Source: the human T2T-CHM13v2.0 reference genome, Homo sapiens. From it: DNA of 64,000 nucleotides. Shown here piece by piece: positions 1-13,099 of the stretch (positions within the stretch are counted from its first letter, which is position 1; each line of letters opens with the position of its first letter). Made by a program: the position numbers and the translations under genes. The stretch lies in assembly GCF_009914755.1 (NCBI RefSeq), contig NC_060933.1. One strand, written 5' to 3'. The notes beneath the pieces were generated by a model. It saw only the letters and a list, made by a program, of their open reading frames with translations, had not been told where the DNA came from and made no database searches.

Positions 1-695
1 AGGAAGCCTATGAGGAGGATGCAAAAAAAAAAAAAAAATTTAAAAACTCTATCTGGGACAGAATGTTGGGTGTATTCACTAGTACATGAAACTGATTGGA
101 ATCAAATAAATCATAAGCCCACAATATTTTTGAGGAAACAATATTGCCATGAAAGCATCATCCCAGTTCAAAACCCTGCAAGGGCTTGGCAAAGCTTAGA
201 ACAACTTTTGGATTGGATATAGGCTGCAAAGTATAAGTAGCCCCCAAGGAAGGCATTCCCAAAGGTCCACTTCAATTGTGGCATAGGAGTGTAATGGATA
301 GGAGAGAACGTCTGAGTTTGCAGCCAAGAGCCACTGAAAACAATGAGTGCCCAAAGAAGTATTGTTCAGAGAACAAAATCAGGGCTTATCCATGAACTTT
401 CTCTCTTCTCCATAGAGGACCTTCACAATGTCTCCCCAGCGAGATTTCAAACTTGCATTAGTCCAGTAACTGCTGTGTGTCTCCTATTTACCTCTTTTCT
501 GAATAGTTACCCAGAACCTGAGAACTCATGTTGTGAACTGATGGAGAAAACTATGCATCAGTGAAGTATCTTGGACCTTGAGCTAGATGAGGTGACTTAG
601 TGGGACTTTGGCTTATTTCTCCTGGGAACAAGCTGAGTGTATTCTATGTATGGGAAGAATAGTAAAATGGATATTCAGTAACCAGAGCTGAGGAC
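1..695 (+). mobile_element. MaLR (MLT1-type) internal sequence, truncated by window start
   Basis: Ends in a degenerate MaLR-internal 3' segment (gtgtattctatgtatgggaag...ccagagctgaggac) directly abutting an MLT1 LTR. Confidence 0.6.
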
Positions 696-1123
696 TGAAG
701 TAGAAACAATGTGACGTGTTGCCTAAAACATGCTACATGGTTCCTTTTTCTTCTGGAGACAGCTAGACTATGTTTCTCAACTCTCATTGCAATGAACAGA
801 CCAAAGAAATATGAGTGGAAGTTATAAATGCTACTTCCAAGTCTGGCTTCTAAAATCTCCTGTGTGATACTTCACATGCTCTTTTTCTCATCCTCTGCAG
901 CTGAATGAAATGAATATAGAGGAGAACTGAAAGGCCATGGAGGATCTGAGCCACTACATGGAAAGAGCAAGGGTCCATGAATGACAGCTTGAAACAGGGT
1001 CCCTCTCTGCTGCCAACCTGCATGGATGGAGACATGAATAAGAAATAAGCACTACTGAGTCAAGACAGAGAGATCTGAAGGTTGATTGTTATAGCAGTTG
1101 GACTTCCCTATTATCTAATATAC
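696..1123 (+). mobile_element. MLT1 LTR (old MLT1H/I/J-like), 3' LTR of the preceding element
   Basis: agctagacta...gagtggaagt...acttccaagtctggc core; 3' end aagaaataagc...ttgttatagcag...tctaatatac. Confidence 0.7.
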
Positions 1124-1149
1124 TGTGCTATCTTCCAATGCTTAGCTAG

Positions 1150-1790
1150 TAAGGGGGGCTCTACGGATACCAGTTAAAGAACTCTGGAATGCATCCCTTG
1201 CAAGTCTGAGATATGAAAGGCCACAATTAGGTCATGTTAAGAAATCTAAAGCTGACTGTAGACTGAAGTCTGGCTTCAGTAAATATGAAAGAGAAAAGAA
1301 GAGCTGACTAACTGCTTTGAATTAGAGCCAGGAGAGACTGTTGCATTGCTACTGACCTGCAGTTAGAAAGTTCATCAGGGCAAGGAGCCAGTGATTGTTT
1401 CCCAGGGAACATGTGTGGGCCAATGATACAGAGCTCACTGGAGTCTTGGTTGGTTTTGTCCAGTAGGTCTGCCTGGAGGGAGAAGGAAAACTTACAAAAG
1501 GAGACTGGGGGTATACTTGTGTGTGAAGGCCCAGATAATGAGGACAGATCCCCAGAGACCTCCTAGAATAGCTAGAAAAGCCTGGGGTCAAAGAAGCTGC
1601 AGGGGAGGAGTGTCCAACATGAAACCTCTGAGGAGTTCAGGGAAACACCCCAAGAGAAAGGAAGTCAGCTTTAATCTTCGGCAGGGCCTAGAGAGTGAGA
1701 AGTCAATCAGGAATAATAAATGACCCATCTCCTTGTCCCCTGTACCCTTTGAACCAGAGGGGAGCAAAACAGAAGCTAGCTAATGAAAGA
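1150..1790 (+). mobile_element. possible ancient LTR fragment (MamGypLTR-like)
   Basis: aaacaccccaagagaaaggaagtcagctttaatcttcggcagggcctagagag resembles my recollection of MamGypLTR; family and boundaries uncertain. Confidence 0.35.
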
Positions 1791-1809
1791 TGTGTTATAG
1801 AATTCAGGG

Positions 1810-2030
1810 TAACTGAGGTTATGCTGCAGAAGCAAATAACAAAAAGATCTCGAGGACTTCTTGTTTAAGTTCTTTTTTTCTTCACATACATTTATTTTCT
1901 GTTCACACTACAGTATGTTATCAGTTAGCATGGGTCTCTGTTCAGCATAGTTCAGGCAGGCACACAGGCCAATAGAGGTTCTGTCTTGATACATATTTCC
2001 AAAAGACATTGTCATTGCATAAGCACAGCA
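1810..2030 (-). mobile_element. MLT1K/L-like LTR fragment
   Basis: ggttatgctgcagaagcaaataac...tttattttctgttcacactaca...gggtctctgttc matches the reverse of the old MLT1 3' end. Confidence 0.55.
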
Positions 2031-2036
2031 TTGGAA

Positions 2037-2124
2037 CACTGTGTGACTGTCCTATGGACCTCAACTGTCCCATTTTTAACCACTGTGTGACTGTCCTGTG
2101 GACCTCAACTGTCCCATTTTTAAA
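2037..2124. repeat. 44-bp tandem duplication (2 copies)
   Basis: cactgtgtgactgtcct(a/g)tggacctcaactgtcccatttttaa(c/a) at 2037-2080 and 2081-2124, 2 mismatches. Confidence 0.95.
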
Positions 2125-2224
2125 ATGGGAATTCATGTAATGAGGCAGAAAAAAGGAACAACACATATCGACATTTCTCAATTTTTTAAAAAGAAATTAT
2201 GTGTGTGTTCATCTATCCCAGATT

Positions 2225-2541
<317 letters not shown>

Positions 2542-2957
2542 AGAATATTTTAATTAATTTTTTTCCTCTAACATATTTCACAAAACACACTTTTGCAAAG
2601 ACCAGAATACAAGCACACCTCTGTATTTTATGTCGTTGCTGTTGTTGCCATCATACTCCTCTGAGAGTGTATGGAGGTCCACACCCAACTTTCTTGGTAA
2701 AACAGCATCCTATTTTTATCTGTTGGATTTTCAATTCTAAGATTCAAATCCAAGCATCTTCTTGCTTGTAGGCAAAGTGACCACTAGAGGGAAGCAACTG
2801 CCAGGCAGAGCAATTTCTTCACGCCATGGGTAATTTGATCCCTGTGTGTCATACTCCAAGGGTTTGGACAGAATACCTAGTTCTAACAGGAAGTTAGTAG
2901 TCACGGAGCCTGGCTACTGCCAAGCTCTTTCACTGACTTTGATCAAACCACACTTGG

Positions 2958-3260
2958 GGCTGCGTGCAGTGGTTTATATCTGTAATCCTAGCACTTAGGA
3001 AGGCCTAGGTGGGAGGATTGCTTTAGATCAGGAGTTTGAGACCAGCCTGGGCAAAATAGGGAGACGTTATCTCTACAAAAAAGTAAAATAGGCATGGAGG
3101 TGCACAACTGTGGCCCTAGCTACTAAGGAGGATGAAGTGGGAGGATCGCTTGAACCCAGAAGTTAAAGGTTGCAGTGAGCTATGATTGTGCCACTGCACT
3201 CTAGTCTGGGCAACAGAGCAAGAACCTGTATCTAATAAATAAATAATAAACAAACAAACA
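2958..3260 (+). mobile_element. AluJ, full length
   Basis: Dimeric, J-type ggaggattgctt and gctatgattgtgcc; A-rich tail; TSD aaaccaca(c/t)ttgg on both sides. Confidence 0.92.
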
Positions 3261-3959
3261 AACCACATTTGGGCTCTGTGTCCCTGGGTCTTTATAGACA
3301 CAAAGTATAGCCTTGGGAAACATGAGTGGCCTTTATTTATTTTTGTGAAACTCTCCCAGTAATTCTTTTTATAAGGCTCTTCCGTCACCTCTTTTAAGAC
3401 TAACTGGAGCGGTAACCCCTCCTTAGGCTCAGAGATGACATTCTCTCCATTCAGCCAGCTTGTCCTCTGCCCTCATGGGACACATCGCTCTTCTTGAGCT
3501 GATGGGAGTCTGAGAAACAATCTTATACACCAAAGATAACCCTCCATTCCTCTATGGGCAGAAAAACAGATCGCAATTAGATGAGCCAGGGACCTTAATA
3601 AATGCAGATGTCCATTTAAATAAACCAGCAACTCTTGGGATGTAAACAGAAACAGAAACATACTTCATAATTAGAGATGAATGATGAGCAAATGAGTCAG
3701 TAGAGGATGGATTAAAGCAATAGTCTATAGCAATAATCAGAAAGTCAGAGCCCAAATCTCAGATCTCTCAGTAATTGTTAATTTTTGGTAGATTATTTAG
3801 TGTTTCTGAGTTTCAGCTTCTACATCTGTACAAAGAATCTGATGATACTTATTTGTGTGCATGCACAAAGCTAGGTACATTGTAGCATTCAAATGTTCAT
3901 CTTAAGAAACAAAATGAAGGGTGAAGAAAAAGAGCAAACTTTGTGCATCTAATACCTGG

Positions 3960-4110
3960 TACAGTGGAGTCAACTAGTGCTTTGGGGCATATCACACTGG
4001 TGGTCTAATTCCAGCTCTGCCATCTACTGGCTGTGTGACCTTGGACTTGTCACTGACCCATATTCAACCTCAGTTTCTTATTTGGAAACCTAAAGTATTA
4101 ATGGCTGCTT
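3960..4110 (+). mobile_element. MIR
   Basis: ccagctctgccatctactggctgtgtgaccttgga...cctcagtttc core. Confidence 0.8.
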
Positions 4111-4199
4111 GATATCCAAAGGAGACAGATGATAGGCATCAAGTCAGTAGCTACCAAGGATTATTATTTTCCACATAAGGTACTTTTCTAAATTCATCC

Positions 4200-4300
4200 T
4201 GATTAATACTATAATATAATCTCATCATCAACCCTCTAAAGCAGGAATTATTATCCCCATTTCACAGGCCAAGAAACTGAGAGATTTAAAACTAGACAGT
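4200..4300 (-). mobile_element. MIR fragment
   Basis: attattatccccatttcacagg...gaaactgag. Confidence 0.75.
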
Positions 4301-4405
4301 GTCTGGACTGTTTCTGTGGTCTAATTGTTTCATCATGCCTTAACTGAAGTAGAAGACCTGTTGACCCATGCTGACTACTAGAGCTCCTGGCTAAGGTTTC
4401 CTTTG

Positions 4406-4716
4406 CTTTCCTTTGTTTGTTTGTTTGTTTTTGAGATAGGGTCTCACTCTGTCACCTTAGCTAATGTGAAGTATCGCAATCACAGCTCACTACAGCCTTG
4501 AATTCCTGGGCTCTAATGGTCCTCTTGCCTTAGCCTCTAGAATAGCTGCTACAATGCAGGTACATGCCACCATACATGGCTAATTTTTTATTTTTTGTAG
4601 AGACTGGAGTCTTGCCATGTTGCCCAGGCTGGTATCAAATTCATGGCCTCGAGCTATCCTCCTGCACTAGCCTTCCATAGCCCTGAAATTACAGGTGTGG
4701 GCCCCCATGACCAGCC
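4406..4716 (-). mobile_element. AluJ, full length
   Basis: (TTTG)n tail, gagatagggtctcactctgtc...cacagctcactacagccttgaattcctgggctc; degenerate TSD taaggtt. Confidence 0.92.
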
Positions 4717-5374
4717 TAAGGTTCTCTCTGATAAGTGCTATTTCCTCCGCAGCCTTCCCAAAGCTTTGGGGGGTACACACTTTCTTTGCCTACCGTTTTC
4801 TCCTCTAGTGTGTGCATTGACTGAAATCACCCACTAGATGGTGCTGATATACTAACTTTGGTTTGCTTTGGCATCTACCCGGTGAATTAAAAATTTACTT
4901 TATACATCAACAAACCAAAATCTCTACATAAATCTCAGCTTGTAAGAATCATATACTTGTAAAGATTTTTTTTTTAAATTCAGGGTGAACTCTGGAGGCT
5001 TAGTTATCTTGCTTAAAAATGCAGACCAGCCTTCTATAAATTTACCAGCTGAGGCTCTTCTATGGCCATGAGCAATCTCAACACTGTGTGTGTATCTGCT
5101 CCAGGGTGAGATGGAAATTATTAGCGGCTTTTTCTCTGAGTGTATAGCTCAATGGGCTTGTGAGAGCCCACCAGCTCTCCATAGCTTCTGCTTACTGCTC
5201 TGTGAAAGGAGACGCAGAATACAGACTCGGCTCACAGCTCATGTGAGGATAGAACAGGGTATTCTAGTAGATCTGATTACTCTCTGATTTCCACTTCTTT
5301 CTCTTATTGCCTGTCACAAATGTCTATAAAATCATCATTTTGGAAAAGTATCACACCCCTTTATAACAACAATA

Positions 5375-5600
5375 ATAACCAACCTCTATATAGCCTTTTG
5401 TGGTTTACAAAGCATGTCTCTCTCAAATATTTAATATATCTAAATTAACAGTCAGTGTTATTTACTCCATTTTACAGAGGAGAAATTAAGGCTCAAGGGA
5501 GTAAGTAGATTCCTAAGGATCTACAAACTATTTAATTACAGTGCCAGAACTTGAACCCAAGCTTTCTGATTACAAGTATCTGGCTAATGTCACTACACAA
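5375..5600 (-). mobile_element. MIR
   Basis: ccattttacagaggagaaattaaggctcaa...gaacttgaacccaag. Confidence 0.8.
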
Positions 5601-6964
5601 GATAAAAACCTTTATTACATCTAAGGAATACACTTATAATGACAACTCATATCCTGCTACTTCTTTTCTGAATACCTCTGAATTTCACCTTACTTCAAAA
5701 TTCAGAGTCCCTGGAGGGAGAAAACAACCCTCTCTCCCCACTTTTCTTGTTTCCTCCCTCCTGTCTTCCATTCTAGTGCCCAACCCAGCAATAAATGTTG
5801 TGGGAGGCAACAGAGAAGACACTGTCTGTGTTCCATGTAGCTACAGAACACCAAAGCTGGAAGGGATTATTGTGATTATCTCATCTAACCACCCCTTTTC
5901 CATTTAAGGAAATCAAGCCAGGAAGGACAAGAAATATTCCTATATGTGATGCCATGGGATTGTCTCAAATGACCTACTTTTAATTGCAGTGAATCTATAC
6001 CTTGGTATACATTAGTTTAGAAACTGTGTTCATGCCAACTGCATTTCCTTTAAAAGAACATCTAGTTTAAGTTTTTCACTCATGCAGCATCCCCTCTTCC
6101 CTCTGACCCCCAACATACATACACAATAATCTTGGGATCTTCCAACTTTGTCTTATGAAATCTTATCAAAGTTGAAATCTTCATGTCACAACTTTACTAT
6201 TTTAGGGTCTAAGGCAAAGCAAATTCAACGAAATCTGAGCTGTAATTGGCCTTTTTATTCTTTATTTGCCTCATACCTCCTGTTTGTCTTGTAGATGCTT
6301 CTGCTATTGAAATAATCTCAATGTATTACAGCTGCCTTTCTCCTTACCTGCTTCTCTCAGGGAGCTGAATAGCCTTTGGGAAAAGAACTGAATCTTAGAA
6401 ATCTTTGTAACTCCAGAGTCTACTCTAGTTTTTGGCAAAGAGTACATGATCAATAATTAATTGCTAAATTAAATTACAGTGCATTAAATTGGACCTCCAC
6501 ATTAAGAACCACCTCTCTGGGCATGTATCATCAGGATTTTAAAATCCAGATGTATTTAGGAAAAAAGCACCTATTAATAGATATTGAAGGTTGAAGATCT
6601 ATTAAGATATTTAAGGTTTAACAAACACTTTTCTAATTCTGCCCTCCAGGTCCCACTGGTTAGATGAGGGTATTTGAATTAAGGATTAAACCACACAGAA
6701 TCTTCTAATTTAGTAATACTGTTTGAGCTCCTCCCATGTGAAAAAGTAAGCAATCAGGTGTTCTGAAGGCCACAGAATTCTTATAGGCAGCAACAAATCA
6801 GGGAACACCACCTGGAAGAGGAGAAGTAGAACCAGGCTTTAAGAGGCTGAATTTGGAGAGGCATAGAGGAGTCCCTCCAACAAAAAGAGGGTTGCAAGGT
6901 TTAGGATTTGCCATGATATGAAAGCCTGTCTAGTCCTCTGGCTTGGTGGACTTATAACTCCATC

Positions 6965-7140
6965 ATTTTTACAGGTAGAAGGGGCTTTAAGGTCTTCTAG
7001 TTCAACCTTCCATTACACATGTGGGAAGACTGAGGCCAGAGCAGGGAGGTAACTTGGCCACTGTTCCCCAGCAAGTGAGCGACAGCACAGGGATGAGAGC
7101 CCAGGTCTGACTTACAGCCCTGTGCTCTTTTCACCACATT
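6965..7140 (-). mobile_element. MIR3/MIRc-like SINE
   Basis: ctagttcaacc...gactgaggccagagcagggaggtaacttggcca...gagcccaggtctgac. Confidence 0.7.
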
Positions 7141-7184
7141 TCTTGAATAATCCACTGTGCACCTGGCGATGCTTTTCTTTCAGA

Positions 7185-7375
7185 ATCCAGCCACGACTTC
7201 GTTTTCTCTGCATGGCAGGCAGCCAAGCGCCTTGAACTTCTCCATGTTACCATTTTGCCCTCTGCAGAATGGGATATTAAAGTATTCACTTGGGGGAGGG
7301 GTCATGGGGTTTCGTCAATAAATGTTTGTGAATTGCTCTGAGCTATTTATGCCAGAGGGATTCCAGAAGTGAAAG
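7185..7375 (+). mobile_element. very old CORE-SINE (MIR1_Amn/MIR3-like)
   Basis: ctctgcagaatggg core plus tail aataaatgtttgtgaattgctctgag...agaagtgaaag resembling the amniote MIR 3' end. Confidence 0.45.
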
Positions 7376-8779
7376 ACCCTGGTGGCCGTGGTGGTTGTAT
7401 CTGAGCCTTTTTTGAGGTCTTCCCTCTACTCTGCAGAATTAAAGAGATGGTTTAAGTGATAAACTATTCCTTATGAGCTGTATTTGTGTTGAAAGCACAG
7501 CATGAGTTCCCAGCACGCTTCCTCTAGCACGACCACAGCTATGCACCAATCCTCCTGGGTTCAGAGATGGAACTTGGGTTAAATGCATGGAATTTATTCT
7601 TAGTCCTTTTCTTAATTACGACTTTTTATTTCTCTGGTGTTCTCTAGGGGAGGGGTTAGAGAAGAGAGGAAAAGGAAGAAAGAAAGGGGGCAGGGAAATA
7701 TAGATTCAATGCTTTTGTTTTGTTTCTGGGCTGCTTGCTATCAGCAAAGTAGAGAGATTTAACGGATCTTGCCGAGAATGCAAGCCTCATTCCAAGGAAG
7801 CCAGAGCTCAGAAGACATGGAACAAATACAATGAAAACATAACTTGAGGTGAGGGCAATCGTTATTTGACTAATAAATTCCGTAGGCTGATAGTGAAAGA
7901 CTGAACCTTTTGTCTATCAGTTAATTTAATAAACAAATAAAAGGGACTTTCAAGTTAAGAGAGCCATGTAATCCTGTGGAAGATGTTTCAGCAAATTGCT
8001 ATGTAAAAACCAACACCATTGCTACACTAGGCTAGTCTTGCAGATTTTCCTCCTGTGTCCAATCTGGCATCTCAGAGCACTAAAACCCTACTCCCTCTTA
8101 CGTTCTGGTCTTTCTTTTATTCAAAATCCAGGTCGGAAAATGTCCCCTGAATATTTATGTCAATGTCCTACCTTAGTGAATATTACTTAATACTGTGGCT
8201 CCTTTAAAGCATGTAAGTACATTCTGACTACTTTTTTTTAATTATCCTTTCCCTCCTCCTCCTCTTTCTCCTTTTATATCTTCTTTTCCTTATCCTTTCT
8301 ATTTTTTTTTAATTTTCCTTTTTCACTGTGATCATTAAGCCATATGCTACAGGGTACTGTGCAATCTACAGAGGGAGAAAGTTAAAATAAGATGGGTTTT
8401 GGAGGTAAATATCCTACTTGTAAATGCTGCCTTGGTAGAGACTGGCTGTGGGAAATCAAGCAACTTCTGAAACTTTACAAGACAGATTTCTCATCTACAA
8501 CATGAAGAAAATAATCCATTGTCCACAGGCTTCTTGTGAGGGTAAACAGACTGAGTAGATTAAAGCACCACAGTACAATCTGGGATAAATGGGCACTTGA
8601 CATTTGTGAGTTTCTGCAATCTCCTTTGATCATGAGCTCAGATGGTAGGCACTGGGAGTTCTGTTTCATACAAGCACAATTATGGAGCCCTGGGGGAGTA
8701 AGTTCCAAAGGGATATCTCCCTAGATGATTCTACCAACCCTCATTTTCCCCCACGGAGCAATTAAACCATCTGACCAAG

Positions 8780-9030
8780 AAGGTAGTTAGCACGGGGTTT
8801 AAGGAAGGTAGGTTAAGGAGTAGGAGAGAACTGAATTGGAGCCCAGCTGCTCTACTGACTAGCTCTTGATGTTGGTCAAGTGCCCAACACTTGTATTTAA
8901 ACTCAAGTATGTTTTCCACACGTACAAAAATGGAGACAACCTACTTCATTTACCTTTGTGGTGAGGAGCTAGCAAATGTTAAGCACTTCAAATGATATCT
9001 GGCACACAGCAAATTTGGTTACTGTTATTT
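8780..9030 (+). mobile_element. MIR
   Basis: cccagctgctctactgactagct...aaaatggagacaacctacttca...tctggcacacag. Confidence 0.7.
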
Positions 9031-11009
9031 TTTCAAGAATAGCCCCAAGAGGGTACATGCTTAGGACCATAGGACTTCAGTAGAGTAAGAGGGCACAGTG
9101 AGCTGGTAAAAACCATGCTTTTCACCTGGGTGGGTTAGGCTCCCACCTCTTTCCCTCACTAATAACAGATTAGTATTGCATACACAGTTCTGGCCCAGTG
9201 CAAGGATTACCTGTCCCATGAAGCCTTCTAAATTCCATCTCCCTCCTCTTGTCCACCTCCAGAAGTGGCCATTCTTCTCTCTGAGTTTCTGGGGCACTGT
9301 GTGTCTCTTGTCTGTGTCAGTGAGCACTCTCTGGTGCCACAGAAATTGATACTCATGCTTCATTTTTCATGCCTGGACATGGTATCCTTTAGGACACAGA
9401 CCATGGCTTTTACCTCTTAATCTATCTTTTGGGACAAGTTTATCAATTCAATATACATGAAATAAACAGATTGGCAAATGAGTCATCTGTCAAATGCATA
9501 CTATAGTAATTTTTTTGGAGTTTATGGGATTGTGAAGTAAATGTCATGAGCAAAGAGACATGATGAACCTTTGAAACTGATTTGGTCTCTTCAGAATATC
9601 CAGTAAGATATTTTAGACAGTAGTTTTAAACTTGGTTCAGCCATTCAGAAGGAAGTAAGACCATTGATTTGTATCAGACACCGTAGAATTCTTAAATTGC
9701 AAAGGGATATACTAAGTAAACAAAAGGAGAGGCTTGCTCATACCCTGAATTAGTTGTCAAAATTGTCAAAGTAACTCAATGTTGTTGATTGCTGTCAAAG
9801 AACAGACTGAAAGAAAAACAACTATGTCTCAAATGCCCAGCAACTGAGTGGGTAGAGAGGTTTTATTGTGCTGGTCATAAATAGTTTTCACAAAGTTAGA
9901 GTGCTTACTTGAACCCTGCTTGAACTAGCTGGATGCTGGTGCATTCACTACTGAGAGAAGAATTTCTTAAAGGGTTTGGGTTGCTCCCACTTCTTGTCAT
10001 GGAGTCAGCCAATTTTTATGTCTGTTTATTACTTTGTAGCCCAGCTGGACCCCAGAAGGATGGGCTATTTTCCCCAGAAGGATGGAAAATAACACAAATG
10101 CACACAGTTACCAAAATGAAGCCAGAAATCTTCTGGAGCTTAGACAAACATTAGTCTTGTAAATAAATACATTATGAGACCACACAAATACTTCCTACCA
10201 GGTCTCTTCCTCAGAAGTCACACTCCAGATAGCTTCTTTAATTTGCCCAGGTTCATATAATTAAGACATATTTATTGATTACCTACTGGGTGACAAACCC
10301 TAAGCTATATATTCCCAGAGACATAGTGACAAACTCTCTTGTTTCTTCTACAGAGTTAGAGGTACATATGTAGAAACAAATGCACAAACCTAAGTCAATT
10401 AGCAGCAAATGCAAGCCAGGATGAATACCAGCTTGTGATATGTTGGGATACAGATTGCCAAGGAAGGGGTCTGAGTCCCATCACTGCTACCAACTTGCTG
10501 GATGAGCATTTATCCATTTATTCATTTCATTAAAAACAACAACAACAACTAAACATAGTAGGTCAGGCCCTGTGCTAGGCACTGAGGGTAGCTTCAACAA
10601 GTCATTTAATTTGTTTATTTATTCACTTATTGAAGAGTTAATGAAAATGTAATAGGCGAGGCACTGTGCTAAGTGCTGAAGAAAGGGGAAGACACAGTCC
10701 CTGCCCTCTGGGGGTCAGGCTCCTCATCAGTACAATGGTGTGTACTGGGGAAAAGAAAGTAGAGGATCCATTGGTCTCTAATGTTCTTTCTGCCAAGAAT
10801 ATGCTAAGCAGTGGATTGGAGGATATTATGGTTCATTCGCTAAGTGTCAGGTCAAGATGATGAATGGTCATTTGTAAAAATGGAATAAACCACTAGACCT
10901 TGAATTATAGACTTTTGCATGGGGATCTTCTGAGAGCCTCAAGCACAGCACTTGTATGCCTATGCATTCCTTTAAGAATACAAGTCAATTCTGTTCGTCT
11001 TCTTGTACA

Positions 11010-11230
11010 TACACATCTCTTTATAGTTTACAATGCACTTCCATGTGGAGTTTTATTTGCTCTACATAACAACTTTATGAAGTCAGGGTTTTAACATGCT
11101 CTTTTTAAAGATAAAGAACCAAGTCCACAAGAAACTGAATTTACTTACTAGTGTCAGTGAGGAGTAGAGCTGGGACCAGAGCCCATGTTTCTGACTTCAT
11201 AGTCTGGTTCTCCTGCAGTGACAGCAATAT
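11010..11230 (-). mobile_element. MIR
   Basis: aacaactttatgaagt...aaagataaagaaccaagt...agagctgggaccagagcccatg. Confidence 0.65.
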
Positions 11231-11250
11231 TCATTCATTTGGTGGGTGTA

Positions 11251-11300
11251 TTTTGAGGACAAGTTATGGCTCAGGTTTTGAGGACCAGTTATGGCCCAGG
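11251..11300. repeat. 25-bp tandem duplication
   Basis: ttttgaggac(a/c)agttatggc(t/c)cagg x2. Confidence 0.92.
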
Positions 11301-11954
11301 TTTTATGAGGTCCTGGAGAAGTCCTGAAGAACCAGGCAGCAATTTCAATGGTTTTACAGTCAGCTCTCTAATTCTTGTCTGAAATTAACAGGAATTCACA
11401 CTGCTTTGTAGTTTACAGTTTTACATAGAATTTAAAGCAAAAGCTGCTAGGATCAGAAGTTCCTTCAGGCCGGGTGCCAGGTAGGAAAATCAACACTTTG
11501 TGTGAAGTACTTGATGAAACACTTTTATATCTTCATATCAATTTGATTAATGCATCATATAGAATATTATCTCTATTTATTGACAATGAAGTATAGATTC
11601 TGAGAGACTCAAAATTATACACGTGGTTAATAGAATATCTATAATTTAATCCCAAGTCACTTGAGTCTCTGTCAAGCAGTGCTTTGTTATGTTCAATCCT
11701 TAAACTACACTCCATCCATCTGCACCATATTTAGTGCCTGGGAGGGTACTTTACCTAGAGCAGTAGCTCGTGTCAATTGGGCACAGAGTAATTTCATTTC
11801 TGAATGGGCCACACATTCAGCTTCTAGCATCTAACTGTCACCAAGTCTGAAAGGTATCTTTCCTCCTGGAAAGAAGAGCACAGTGAGAGTGTGAAATGTG
11901 GAGAAGGATTGAGAAGAAAAGATAAAGGAATTATACAGAAGGAGAGGAAGAAAG

Positions 11955-12150
11955 ACCAAGGGCTTTGGGGTTAGATTGACCAGGGTTTGATCTTAATGTT
12001 GTTACTGACTTACGTACAACTTAGATCAAGCATTTCAACTTTCACAGATTATGGGGTGGTTAGGAGAATTAAGGGCAATAATATTTGGTGAACATTTAGC
12101 ACAGTGCCTGGTCTATAAAAAATACTCCATAAATATGAGTTATTTTTATT
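11955..12150 (+). mobile_element. MIR
   Basis: ggctttggggttagattgaccagggtttga...ttagcacagtgcctgg...ataaatatgagttatt. Confidence 0.75.
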
Positions 12151-13051
12151 ATTCAAGGCAGAGAGAAGGTAGGGTCAAATACAGGGTTGTAAGGAAGTAC
12201 GTGATATATTTGGGGGGAACTTTGAGAAATATAGAAAGATAAAATATGGGGAATGTGTGGGACATAGGAGGAGATGAAGTTGAAATAATACTATGGTGCC
12301 AATTTCAAAGAGCTGTCAATGTCAATCTAAGAGATTAGGGCCTATTCTGTTGTTACAAGTGGGCTATAACCAGCTGAGTGTTTTATAAACATCACTGTGA
12401 GAATGGACTGGAGTAGGGAAAAGAGTATACATGGAGAGATGTTGAGAAGCTAGATCAAGATAGAGTAGCATTTACATGGCGCCTTTCCCCCTGACTTGCC
12501 TTTAACAATACCTGAAATCAAAAGCGCCTGATGCCTAATTGTATAAACCTGAACCCCTCTGAGTTAGTCCAAGACACAAATCTTCATCCACTGCATCGTT
12601 GGAAAGGATATATACATATATTTTATAATGCATTAGCCTTTTTGGACTGTGTCCACGTCATAGAGGTTTTCTAATCTATTTTGAGCCCTAATTGATTACA
12701 GCATTTGGAAAAATGCACAGCAAATTGCTCCATTAATCAAGGTAAATCAAGCTGATGTCATAGATGCTAAATATATGTCTTTGCAGTAATACTATTTGCA
12801 TGACTGGAGCTAAAGCTGTTGTCAGTTTTTCCACTTGACAGTCACTGTCTTCTCATGAGACCATGGCTTAATCTCTAAAAGCACTTGGTGGTTCTTCTCC
12901 ATGGCTGGGTTCTTGGGTCCTTCTCCCCACATTTAAGGCAAAGGTTGTAGGAGAGGGTGAGACTGCCTCCTTATGTACAGAAAAAGGCAGTGAGAAGGAG
13001 GTCATAGCACAAAGGCTAGGAAGATGGGGAAGGAGATAGGGAAGGCAAAGG

Positions 13052-13099
13052 ATTTTATGAAACCAGAAGGACCCTATTTTATGAAGTCAGAAGGACCCT
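13052..13099. repeat. 24-bp tandem duplication
   Basis: attttatgaa(ac/gt)cagaaggaccct x2. Confidence 0.92.

Noticed and set aside
7745-7848. Possible exon (tatcag acceptor, GAG|GTGAGG donor)
   Set aside because: Stops in all three frames and a weak acceptor; indistinguishable from background pseudo-exons
11251-11310. Short direct repeats as a CRISPR-like array
   Set aside because: Two adjacent copies, no spacers, eukaryotic context
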